From IMG/VR virus record IMGVR_UViG_3300031716_000008, positions 1 to 59,019 of that record: a stretch of 59,019 nucleotides of DNA; one strand, written 5' to 3'. The notes beneath the pieces were generated by a model. The model did no database searches, was not told where the DNA came from, and saw only the letters and a list, made by a program, of their open reading frames with translations. The position numbers and the translations under genes are program-made. Within the stretch, counting starts at the first letter, position 1, and each line of letters begins with the position of its first letter. Positions 16,983-25,088 of the stretch are shown here, one piece after another. This DNA is from a virus. Its lineage: Duplodnaviria > Caudoviricetes.

Positions 16983-17666
16983 CTAACCCAGATCAATGGC
17001 CCGGCACTCGCGGCCGTAATCGGCCAGTTGCACCAGGGCGGCTTGTACGGCTTTCGCCCGCTTGGACTCCTCCTGTTGATGGTACGGCGAGTTGACCTTC
17101 TCCAGGTCTCGCAACATACCCTCGGCGACATCGCGGTGGCTCCAGGCCGGGCCGACGGTGATGCCGCTATTCTCCCGATCGCAGATGACGAACACCTGCC
17201 GGCCGCCTAGTTCCCGGAGGACGATATAGAACCGTGGCAACAACATAGCGCAGTCCCAGATTTCCTCGACGTCGCGGATCACCAGTCGCTGGCAATCCTC
17301 CGGCAGATCGGCGAACTCGATCCGCCGGCCGCAGAGACATAGCCGGCCGACGGCCGGGGGCCAATGCCAGCCCGGCTTCTTCCGATGGACCGTGTCGATC
17401 GGCTGGTACTTGCTGGTGCCGTGCATCCCGATCCCTTGCGGGTGGAAGGGCTCGGCCGACATCGTGACGTAGGGATATTCGGGAGCACCGCCCTCAGCGC
17501 GCAGTACTGATGATCGACCGGTGTAGACCACCGTGTAGCGATCCGCCGATTCGGTCGGCGTGCCGTGGTTGTCGTAGCAGCGGATGTACCGCGGCACGCC
17601 GCCGGGAATAAAGCGATCCCGGCGGCGCTGGATTTCTTCTGGGCTGCGTTTTTTGGCCTTGGCCAT
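16983..17666 (-). CDS. hypothetical phage protein with shared C-terminal tag (YGRECRAIDLG)
   Basis: RCYDN..ADRYTVVY..PFHPQGIGMHG..DLPEDCQ domain plus C-terminal extension. Confidence 0.7.
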   Translation of the reverse strand: MAKAKKRSPEEIQRRRDRFIPGGVPRYIRCYDNHGTPTESADRYTVVYTGRSSVLRAEGGAPEYPYVTMSAEPFHPQGIGMHGTSKYQPIDTVHRKKPGWHWPPAVGRLCLCGRRIEFADLPEDCQRLVIRDVEEIWDCAMLLPRFYIVLRELGGRQVFVICDRENSGITVGPAWSHRDVAEGMLRDLEKVNSPYHQQEESKRAKAVQAALVQLADYGRECRAIDLG

Positions 17667-17893
17667 TAGCCGCCGGTGTGACCGCCGCCGTCGTGAATAC
17701 GTTCGACACCTTGCTCGGTCTCGAAGAATTCTTGCTTGAGCTGTTCATCGCGTTCGCCGCCGATGTTTTGCATCAAGGCGTCGGTCACCGTCTTGCAGGT
17801 GCCGCCTATGTAACCGGAAGCCTCAACCCTGATCTGGCTTTGTCCGGTGGAAATGCCTTTGCGCGGAACAACAATCTCAATTCGTCGTGACAT
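17666..17893 (-). CDS. DUF2997 family protein
   Basis: IEIVV..IRVEASGYIGGTCKTVTDALMQNIG..LKQEFF; adjacent to DUF1257. Confidence 0.75.
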   Translation of the reverse strand: MSRRIEIVVPRKGISTGQSQIRVEASGYIGGTCKTVTDALMQNIGGERDEQLKQEFFETEQGVERIHDGGGHTGG

Positions 17894-17903
17894 AATTGGG
17901 GGC

Positions 17904-17937
17904 AAAAGAAAACTGCCCGCCGAAGACCGGCGGGCAG
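17904..17937 (-). terminator. intrinsic terminator
   Basis: 10-bp stem CTGCCCGCCG/CGGCGGGCAG, 5-nt loop, followed by TTTTCTTTT on minus strand. Confidence 0.75.
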
Positions 17938-17973
17938 GGTGATGTGAAAGGTAAGCGACGCTCCGTTACCGGC

Positions 17974-18348
17974 TTAGCCGGAGTAGTCGACGAGCGCCAG
18001 TTTCACCGAGCCGTCTTCGAGTTCCTGCTCCTGATCGACGGACAGGCCCTGGGCCTGGGCTTGCAACCGCAGCTCCTCGATCGAGTAACGCTGCATCAGC
18101 TTGTCCAGCTCGATCTGGTCACCCCAAGTCCCGCCGTAGTTGTCGTAGCTGCACATGCCCGTTTCGGTGTTGATCACCACCGGCTGGTGCCAGTTGGGCA
18201 ACTTCAGCGAGCGACCCTCGGCGTGGCTGCCATCGAACATACGGTGCCGACCCTTGGCCGACAGTTCGAGCCCCAAGCGATCGCAGGCGATCTCCAGGGC
18301 GGCCTCGTTCGTGCACTTGATGTTCTTGACCTGCACTGTGTGCGACAT
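17974..18348 (-). CDS. DUF1257 (Ycf35-like) protein
   Basis: MSHTVQVK..ALEIACDRLGL..LPNWHQPVVIN..YDNYGGTWG..LMQRYS..EQELEDGSVKL. Confidence 0.8.
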   Translation of the reverse strand: MSHTVQVKNIKCTNEAALEIACDRLGLELSAKGRHRMFDGSHAEGRSLKLPNWHQPVVINTETGMCSYDNYGGTWGDQIELDKLMQRYSIEELRLQAQAQGLSVDQEQELEDGSVKLALVDYSG

Positions 18349-18444
18349 GATTTCCTTCTCCAAATTCAGAATCGGTCACAAGTAAGCCGCCAACGGCGGC
18401 TGCCGGGTTCGGGCAACGCCCTTAAATCATACCCCGTGTAATGA

Positions 18445-20115
18445 TCAGTTGTCGAGATCGACTGCCCGTTCGCGACCCCGACGACCGGCTGGGGCCTCGG
18501 GGCTGCTGACCGGGCGAGCCCGGTCCTTGCAGAACGTGCGAATCGCCGAGACGCTGTCGGCGTCCCGCTGGGCCATAGGCGTAACGGAGCCAGCGGCCTG
18601 GTACAGCTCATCCCACGTCGGCGTACCGCTCTCGCGAGTCTCGTACGCTTGGTAGCGAGCTTCGACCACGACGGCCTCGATCTCGGAGCCGACGAAGTCC
18701 TGCATCTTCTTCAGCAGCTCGTCCCAGTCCTCCTTGCCGAATTCGAGCTTGGCTGGGTCCACGCCGCGCTTCCGCAGGTGGATGTCCAGGATTTGCTTAC
18801 GCTCCGCCATCGTCGGCAGATCGGTGTACCAGACCGCGTCGAAGCGACCAGCGCGGAGGAACTCCGGCGGGATGCCATGGGTCCGGTTCATGGTCATGAT
18901 CACGAAGGTGCGATCCTGCTTTTCCGACAACCAGGTCAGGAACTTGCCGAACACGCGACGGGTGACGCCGCTGTCGCCCTGCGAGTCCACGGCGCCGCCG
19001 AAGGCCTTGTCAGCCTCATCGACGAGCAGCACGCAGCCCCGTTGAGCTTCGATCTGGTTGAGCGCGTCACGCATCCGCTGCTCGGACTCGCCCACCAGGT
19101 GACCAAACACGGCACCGACGTCGAGGATGTAGCCCGGCAGGCCGAGCAGCTTGGCGCAGGCCTTGGCGAGATACGACTTGCCGGTCCCCGGCACACCCAG
19201 GAGCACGATGCCCTTGGGATTGTCGATGTTCAGCTCGCGAGCCTTTCGCTCGTAAGCCCGTCGCCGGCGATCGAGCCACGGGAACAAGAGATCGAAGCCG
19301 CCGATCTCCTCGCGGCTGGCCATGCCCGCTTCGGGGATGTAGGTCAGCACTTCGCTCTTCTTGATGATCGCGGCCTTCTCGTCCTTGATCGTGCTGAGCA
19401 TTTCGCGGCAGAAGCCGCTGTGCTGCACGAGGCATCGCGACAGGGCATTCTCGGCCTCGGTGGAGGTCAGGCCCATCAAGCAGGCGACGATCTCGTCCTT
19501 CAGCTCGTCGCTGCAGATGGCTTTGCCCTTGCCCTTGGCGCTGTTCTCGATCGACTGCTGGACGAAGTCAACGGTCTTATGGAGCTTCGTCTCGTTGGGC
19601 AAGGCGAAGTCCAGGATCGAGATGCACGTCTTCAGCTTGTCGGGGATATTCAGCTTCGGGCTGATGATGATCAACGGCCGTTTATGCCGTTTGTTGACGA
19701 GCTTGTTCTCCTCGGTCAGGGTCTTGATCGCCCGCACGTTGGCCGGCTCGCGGAAGAAATCATCCAGGTCACGAAAGACGAAGATAAAGTTCTCGCGGAG
19801 GGCGGTCATCGCGTTGTCGTCGAGTAGGAAGCGGAGGGCCTCGTTGGGCGAGAAGAACCGCTTCGGATTGGCTAGCTCGCTAGGCAGGTCGGTGCCGGTG
19901 AAGCCCTGCACGAAGTCCCACAGCACCACGCGGTGATTCATTTTGCGGCCGACCCGCGAAATCTCCGCTTGGACCCGGGCCTCTTCGGACGTCGGGATGA
20001 ATAAGCACTGATAGCCAGCGCGAATATGCTCTTCCAGATTGATCTCAAACTCGCTGGCAGGTTGCTGGGTGTCCGGACCCTGGGGCGCAGCGACAGCGAC
20101 AGACGTTCTCGACAT
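18445..20115 (-). CDS. Ycf46-like AAA+ ATPase (inactive N-terminal AAA-like domain + active AAA domain)
   Basis: SEEARV N-domain, GIVLLGVPGTGKS Walker A, VLLVDEADK Walker B, PPEFLRAGRFD SRH; ends RGRERAVDLDN; GAGGA before ATG 20115 (alternative start 20127). Confidence 0.9.
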   Translation of the reverse strand: MSRTSVAVAAPQGPDTQQPASEFEINLEEHIRAGYQCLFIPTSEEARVQAEISRVGRKMNHRVVLWDFVQGFTGTDLPSELANPKRFFSPNEALRFLLDDNAMTALRENFIFVFRDLDDFFREPANVRAIKTLTEENKLVNKRHKRPLIIISPKLNIPDKLKTCISILDFALPNETKLHKTVDFVQQSIENSAKGKGKAICSDELKDEIVACLMGLTSTEAENALSRCLVQHSGFCREMLSTIKDEKAAIIKKSEVLTYIPEAGMASREEIGGFDLLFPWLDRRRRAYERKARELNIDNPKGIVLLGVPGTGKSYLAKACAKLLGLPGYILDVGAVFGHLVGESEQRMRDALNQIEAQRGCVLLVDEADKAFGGAVDSQGDSGVTRRVFGKFLTWLSEKQDRTFVIMTMNRTHGIPPEFLRAGRFDAVWYTDLPTMAERKQILDIHLRKRGVDPAKLEFGKEDWDELLKKMQDFVGSEIEAVVVEARYQAYETRESGTPTWDELYQAAGSVTPMAQRDADSVSAIRTFCKDRARPVSSPEAPAGRRGRERAVDLDN

Positions 20116-20143
20116 TGGGTTCCTCATTAAAAAAGACAGGCGA

Positions 20144-20812
20144 CTACGTGACGGCGCCTAGCAGACGTTGTACAGCCTGGCTCGTATCGCCGCCACGGAG
20201 GGGCAACTTATCGAGCTGGGCGCTGAGTGCTTGGAGGGATTGACGGACGTCGTCATTGATGTCGTCCGTTTTACCCTGTTCAAACTGGTAGACCATGTTG
20301 AACATCTCCGGATCGTCGGAGAAGTCGGTCGAGACGGTAGCGACGGGATCACTATCCCGCATGGCGATCCGCAGCACGTCTGGCGGCTGCATGATGCCTT
20401 CGGCGTCTAACGCCTTACCGATATAAGCCCTGATCTCATCCGTGAAGGGCTCGTCCTCCTCGGGCGGCGACAGAAGCAAAGCCTCCGTCACGCCCCAGGC
20501 GATCTCGCCGGCGTCGGCCGGGTTCCATTGGTTGGGTTCGAGGATATCGCCGCACAGCACGTTGCAGAAATTGATGAAGTCGGGCAGCGATTTGTAAAAG
20601 TCTTCGCCGGTGACGATCTTGATGGCCGTCTCCAGGCGGTCGAAGTTAGCTTGCGGGAGGGCGACGTTGAAGTCGGCCTCGATCTCCGCCAGCCGGGTCT
20701 CGGGGAGCCAGTCGAAACCTGCGGTGCCGTAGGTATCGACGAACAGGACTAACAGCGTCGTGCCGAAGCTGCCAGGGTCAATCCAGAGGGTTTTGGCATC
20801 CGGTGCTGGCAC
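20144..20812 (-). CDS. hypothetical protein (acidic, helical)
   Basis: 222 aa ORF with coding-like composition. Confidence 0.7.
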   Translation of the reverse strand: MPAPDAKTLWIDPGSFGTTLLVLFVDTYGTAGFDWLPETRLAEIEADFNVALPQANFDRLETAIKIVTGEDFYKSLPDFINFCNVLCGDILEPNQWNPADAGEIAWGVTEALLLSPPEEDEPFTDEIRAYIGKALDAEGIMQPPDVLRIAMRDSDPVATVSTDFSDDPEMFNMVYQFEQGKTDDINDDVRQSLQALSAQLDKLPLRGGDTSQAVQRLLGAVT

Positions 20813-21284
20813 TGTCTTCCCTGACGCAGCGGGAATAATTCCGACGGAACAGCTCCGCCAGATTATAACCGATCGTCTCCAGTGGAGTCACCGGCAGCTT
20901 TTGGTGCTCGCCGGTTTCCAGATTCAGCCAACCTACGGCGTCGGTGCAAGTCACGAAATGCGTATCCGCAAATGCGAGTGTTAATTGACTTTCGGGCGGA
21001 TGGCCAACCCGCAATTCAGGTTCGAGCGTATTGGCTTGCCAGTACCAGCCGCCATAATGCCGCAGTGTGCCGCGGTAGCTGTTTATAATGAGCTGCACGG
21101 CCTCGACGGAGAGCCACGGCAGCTTATTCAGCAGGACGTAGGTCCAGGCTATTAAACAACTGCCGCCGTCGAACTCGCCGCACGGGTGTAGCCTGAGCAA
21201 GTCCAGTAGCCATACGCGCTTTAGGCCAGATAGCTCTGTGACCGGTATTACTACCTGTCTGGGAAATGGTTGTCTACCGCTCAT
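20778..21284 (-). CDS. hypothetical protein
   Basis: ATG 21284 coupled to upstream stop; 3' part of ORF 20778..21761. Confidence 0.6.
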   Translation of the reverse strand: MSGRQPFPRQVVIPVTELSGLKRVWLLDLLRLHPCGEFDGGSCLIAWTYVLLNKLPWLSVEAVQLIINSYRGTLRHYGGWYWQANTLEPELRVGHPPESQLTLAFADTHFVTCTDAVGWLNLETGEHQKLPVTPLETIGYNLAELFRRNYSRCVREDSASTGCQNPLD

Positions 21285-21550
21285 AAACCTCCGGTGACTT
21301 TGTAATCGACTCGGTAGGCGGCCACGGTGCCGCCACGACCCATCATCAGGTCTTCGCTGGTGTTGCCCTCGGCGTCCACCGGATAAGCGGAGCCGTTGCC
21401 CGAGATGCCCGGCCGCGAGATACGCGCGCCGGCGGCCTGCAGGGCGTGTCGCTTGGCGTCCGCGGACATGACTTCCGACATGGTTTCGCCTTGAACGATG
21501 ATCGTACCTTCGCGATCGCTGCAGTTGTTTCCTACGACGGTGAGAGCCAC
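21281..21550 (-). CDS. hypothetical protein
   Basis: 89 aa; AAGGAG SD upstream of GTG. Confidence 0.7.
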   Translation of the reverse strand: MALTVVGNNCSDREGTIIVQGETMSEVMSADAKRHALQAAGARISRPGISGNGSAYPVDAEGNTSEDLMMGRGGTVAAYRVDYKVTGGL

Positions 21551-21641
21551 GGTCCAACTCCTTTAAGTGAGCAGTCTTCTTGATACGTGGCCCATCGTAA
21601 TCGAGCGGCTCGCCGATCAGCAAGGCAGGACCGCCAATACT

Positions 21642-21673
21642 AAAAGAAAATTGGGCCGCTGATAGCAGCCCAA
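21642..21673 (-). terminator. intrinsic terminator
   Basis: TTGGGCTGCT-ATC-AGCGGCCCAA stem followed by TTTTCTTTT. Confidence 0.7.
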
Positions 21674-21679
21674 AAGGCA

Positions 21680-21775
21680 CCCGCAGACAACACGATGGAA
21701 GACCTAGATGATCGTAGTGCGCTGCATGAACAGCGCGGTACGAACATCCCTGGTCAACCATCGGTTGCCTGCGGG
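21680..21775 (-). ncRNA. candidate structured RNA: 96-nt rod-like hairpin
   Basis: Six stacked helices separated by small internal loops, intergenic, directly before a terminator. Confidence 0.45.
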
Positions 21776-21789
21776 CTTGTCACCGCGGT

Positions 21790-22158
21790 TTAGCGGTGGA
21801 TTTCGAGTTGGCCGTCAGACCCAAAAATGAACGCCGGATAACGCACGGCGAATCGGCGCGGTACTCGCACGGTCCGTTCTTCGTGACGAGCCGCGGTCTC
21901 TTCCGCCTGTCGCCAGCTCAGAAACGGCTTGCAGAGCGTACGATCTTCGCAACCGAGCAAATCGTAGACGCGGTCGACCCAGCGGGGGTTGAACTGCGCC
22001 GTGTCGTGGTCGTCGTGCAAGCACATATCCGCGAGAATGTTGTCCCGGAGGACAATCCTACAGACTGCCTCTTCCATGCGGACGTTGATGGCTGTAGCGG
22101 GCGAATCAGCCGTCGCGACAACAGCAGGTCGCGGCGGGGCGGCGAGTGTAACTGACAT
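21790..22158 (-). CDS. hypothetical protein
   Basis: ATG 22158 lies downstream of the 22.2 kb terminator. Confidence 0.5.
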   Translation of the reverse strand: MSVTLAAPPRPAVVATADSPATAINVRMEEAVCRIVLRDNILADMCLHDDHDTAQFNPRWVDRVYDLLGCEDRTLCKPFLSWRQAEETAARHEERTVRVPRRFAVRYPAFIFGSDGQLEIHR

Positions 22159-22198
22159 GGGGAAAGAACCTCTTGTTCGAAGTACGAGTGGTCTGGGG

Positions 22199-22238
22199 AA
22201 AAACAACGGCGGCGGGCCCCAGAAGAAACCCGCCGCCG
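22199..22238 (-). terminator. intrinsic terminator
   Basis: 10-bp stem CGGCGGCGGG/CCCGCCGCCG followed by TTGTTTTT. Confidence 0.65.
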
Positions 22239-22283
22239 CTTACAAACTGGAACTTGCCTCTAACTCTTCTCTCGGCCTCGCGC

Positions 22284-22820
22284 TTAGCTGCTGTGGGCTG
22301 GCTCGCGCGGGGTGTCGGTGGGCTCGGCGCGGTAGCCGGTGACAATGTCGTCGACGGGCTCGAACCGCGTATCGTCTGGGGGCTCGCTGAACTCGGCTAG
22401 GCCGGCGAATACACGCCGGGTAATCTCCGCCAGCATGCCGGCGCTGATGTTGCCGAAGTTCTCGATAGCGATGAACACGTTGTATTTGCCGACCCGCAGT
22501 TCAGCGGTTCTGTTGGCTTTGACGTGCTCCGTGTAATTGAATTTTGCCAGTAGCTCCGGGCAGAGTTTTCTCGCGCCCATCGTACATAGCTGGCTTATGT
22601 TATAGGCCAACTCGGCGACGCTGCCGAACAACGTGCCGAGGGCGATCAGCCCGCAGGAGCTGACTTCCAGCGGAGCCGCAGCCAAGGCGGCGATAGTAAG
22701 CGAGACACCGATGGCAACCGGGATGGCGCCGCCGAAGCTCATAGTGATGCCGGCCGCGACAACGGCGGCAACCACAAGGATGAAACGGACGATGTTGCGA
22801 ACACTGATTCTGGGGATCAT
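22284..22820 (-). CDS. membrane protein
   Basis: 2-3 N-terminal hydrophobic helices. Confidence 0.65.
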   Translation of the reverse strand: MIPRISVRNIVRFILVVAAVVAAGITMSFGGAIPVAIGVSLTIAALAAAPLEVSSCGLIALGTLFGSVAELAYNISQLCTMGARKLCPELLAKFNYTEHVKANRTAELRVGKYNVFIAIENFGNISAGMLAEITRRVFAGLAEFSEPPDDTRFEPVDDIVTGYRAEPTDTPREPAHSS

Positions 22821-23000
22821 GGGATTGGTTCCTGAGTACCGGTTCTGGGAAACAGAGCTGTCGCGGCCAACCGGTAAGGCCGCCGTAGCTCTTTCAAACG
22901 AACAAACAGTTGGCCCCGTTTTAGATCGTGGGCCGGGATCGCATATCGCTAACCCTCCTTCCTGAAATGGATTGGCTCAATCTGCGATTGATAACAGACG

Positions 23001-23039
23001 GTCCTTATTACATGACGCAAAACAGACGAGTTTTAAGCT
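23001..23039 (-). promoter_or_regulatory. repeat copy 1, putative promoter (AGCTTAAAACTCG..TTGCGTCATGTAATAAGGAC)
   Basis: Near-identical to 23367..23404; both lie upstream of minus-strand genes. Confidence 0.5.
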
Positions 23040-23330
23040 CGCTGCAGGACGCGGCGGACGAAGTCGGCCATGGTGGGACGAGGTCCAACCGACGGCGTAG
23101 GTTCGTTCGACCATTTGAATCGTGGCCGCGGATGGTCGTTCGCCTCTTCGAGATCGACCATGCCAGCGCTGATGTGCTGCCGGGTATGACGCCGGCCGCG
23201 ACGAGAGAATATCCGCTTGGCGGTGCGGCGAGACTTCGCCGAGAACGGGCGGACGGTCAGGAACTCTTGCAAGTAACGATTGCGTGTCGACGGATGCTTC
23301 ATACCCACGGCGATGCTCCTTTAGCGCATG

Positions 23331-23356
23331 AAAAAACCCACACCGATCGGTGAGGG
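23331..23356 (-). terminator. intrinsic terminator
   Basis: CCCTCACC-GATC-GGTGTGGG followed by TTTTTT; lies after the structural operon. Confidence 0.6.
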
Positions 23357-23366
23357 CTAAGAGGGG

Positions 23367-23404
23367 GTCCTATTACCTGACGCAACGGAGCGAGTTTTTA
23401 AGCT
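23367..23404 (-). promoter_or_regulatory. repeat copy 2, putative promoter (AGCTTAAAAACTCG..TTGCGTCAGGTAATAGGAC)
   Basis: Near-identical to 23001..23039. Confidence 0.5.
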
Positions 23405-23708
23405 AGAACGTGATTTGCACCCGTTGGCCTTTTGCGTTGACCCGTACCGCCCGGAGCTGGCGGGCATTGAGCAGTTGCTTCAGCTCGTTACGCTGGGCCG
23501 TCGGCAGCCGCGTCAGGCAATTCGTGAACGCCTGCAGAGCGTTGTTGGTGGCCGTCTGTATCTTCTTCTTGCAGCGGCCGCACTTGGCCTTGGCGGAGGT
23601 GATCGCGCCGCGGTGGCTGGATACGCAGCCGAGGTGGGCGAACCGGGGATCGCGGAGGATCTCCCGGGCGGCGCTGTCGTCGATCGTGAATAAGTTGACC
23701 TGACCCAT
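23403..23708 (-). CDS. small basic Cys-containing protein
   Basis: TAATG coupling at 23708; KCGRC motif. Confidence 0.7.
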   Translation of the reverse strand: MGQVNLFTIDDSAAREILRDPRFAHLGCVSSHRGAITSAKAKCGRCKKKIQTATNNALQAFTNCLTRLPTAQRNELKQLLNARQLRAVRVNAKGQRVQITF

Positions 23709-24718
23709 TAGCGGTAGTGGAGCGTGATCTCGGCTCCGTCGACTTGGATAGTAGCCAGATCGATCTCCGTGCTGGCTTCGATCGGCAGATGGACAATGAC
23801 GGCCAGACCGAAATCGCCTTGCTTGAGCAGAGCCGGCGACCAGGTCTCGTCCCATAGGTCGTCAGCGCCGCCGGCGTCGACGCTGGTAAAGCCGGGGCCG
23901 GGTACGCAGTCGTCGACCGCTTCGCTCTCAATCAGGCCGATCTCCGGGTGGTGGAGGGCCATGAAGGTGAGCTGCGGGCAGAAGCTGAGATCGCCATCCT
24001 GCTCGACCCAGCGAATCGCCAGGCGGGTGCTGATGCCAACGATATCGGCGTCGTCAGGCAGCTCGCTGAAGTCGAAACCCTTGATCACCAGGAGCTGGCT
24101 GGAGAAGGCCGGGTAGAGCGTATTGAACGAATAGTTGCCGTCGGACAGCGGCGAGCCCGCCCCTGTACCGTGCTGCAGCCAAGGTGAGCCTACGCCGGCG
24201 ACGCTCTGTTCGTTGGTGCCGGAGGCCGTGATGGTCTGGACAGGCCCCTCGGGCTCCGACGGTGCGGATGATTCGGAGGGAGCGGAGCTAGTGGATGAGA
24301 CCGAGGATGCTGGCGGGCAGATGTCGCCGATGTCTTCCTGGCCGGATGGAATAACGGTGTCCATGACGTCCAGCGTGCGCTTGAGCCGACGGACGTCGTC
24401 CACGACGGCCTCGATTAGCTCCTCGACCTCGCTGACCGAGCGGATTAGCAGATCGACATAGGGCAGCCGAAACCATTCCGGCCGCTGACCGCTGACGGGC
24501 TCGGCGGCCGGGTACTCTTCCAGATCGACCGGCGAGCAAATGTGGCTGAAGAAGCCGGCCTGCTCGCCCGTCTCTGGATTGATGGGCCGCATACGGTAGG
24601 CAAAGACTTCGTTTGCCATCTCGCAAGCGTCCGATGCCGTGATCCGTAGCCGAATACCGTCGTGCTTACCGAAGACGTACCGGCTGGCCGCCCAATTCAA
24701 GCGAATGCCTCTGGCCAT
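23708..24718 (-). CDS. two-domain putative virion protein with Ser/Pro linker
   Basis: 336 aa; PPASSVSSTSSAPSESSAPSEP linker; beta-rich C-terminal domain. Confidence 0.7.
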   Translation of the reverse strand: MARGIRLNWAASRYVFGKHDGIRLRITASDACEMANEVFAYRMRPINPETGEQAGFFSHICSPVDLEEYPAAEPVSGQRPEWFRLPYVDLLIRSVSEVEELIEAVVDDVRRLKRTLDVMDTVIPSGQEDIGDICPPASSVSSTSSAPSESSAPSEPEGPVQTITASGTNEQSVAGVGSPWLQHGTGAGSPLSDGNYSFNTLYPAFSSQLLVIKGFDFSELPDDADIVGISTRLAIRWVEQDGDLSFCPQLTFMALHHPEIGLIESEAVDDCVPGPGFTSVDAGGADDLWDETWSPALLKQGDFGLAVIVHLPIEASTEIDLATIQVDGAEITLHYR

Positions 24719-24737
24719 CCCTGCCGCCCTCCCTGGC

Positions 24738-25088
24738 TCAAAACGAAAAACGTCTCGGCTTAGTGCTCTTAGACGGTCTGTAGAATATCACGCACCGGCC
24801 GACGGGCCAACCTTTCTTTCCGGCGAGGAACTCCCGCAGGCATTTAACGCTGTCAGGATTGGCCCTATGGGCAGCCTTTACGGCGTCATAAAACGCATTT
24901 ACCACTTCAACGACGAGCGACCAGGTGCCGCCGCAACAGTTCTTGGCCTCGCTAGCTGTATACGCTGCCGTCTGTAGAAGCCCCTGCTCCCGCAGACCGG
25001 CGAACAGCGGGCACGCCTCGTAGAACTCCGGATTCCGGAGGAGCTGCACCAGGTGCTGGCGGTCGAGGATCAGCGTGCGGCTTTTCAT
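24738..25088 (-). CDS. small basic Cys-containing protein
   Basis: 116 aa; KNCCGG; resembles 23403..23708. Confidence 0.7.
   Translation of the reverse strand: MKSRTLILDRQHLVQLLRNPEFYEACPLFAGLREQGLLQTAAYTASEAKNCCGGTWSLVVEVVNAFYDAVKAAHRANPDSVKCLREFLAGKKGWPVGRCVIFYRPSKSTKPRRFSF

Noticed and set aside
18649-19827. 392-aa plus-strand ORF
   Set aside because: Antisense shadow of the AAA ATPase.
21680-21775. SRP RNA, 6S RNA or tRNA identity for the long hairpin
   Set aside because: No SRP GGAA/AGCAG motif, too short and lacking the central bubble for 6S, no cloverleaf.
22928-23353. ORFs 22928..23353 (+) and 23033..23308 (-)
   Set aside because: No motifs or convincing SD; could not decide whether either is coding.
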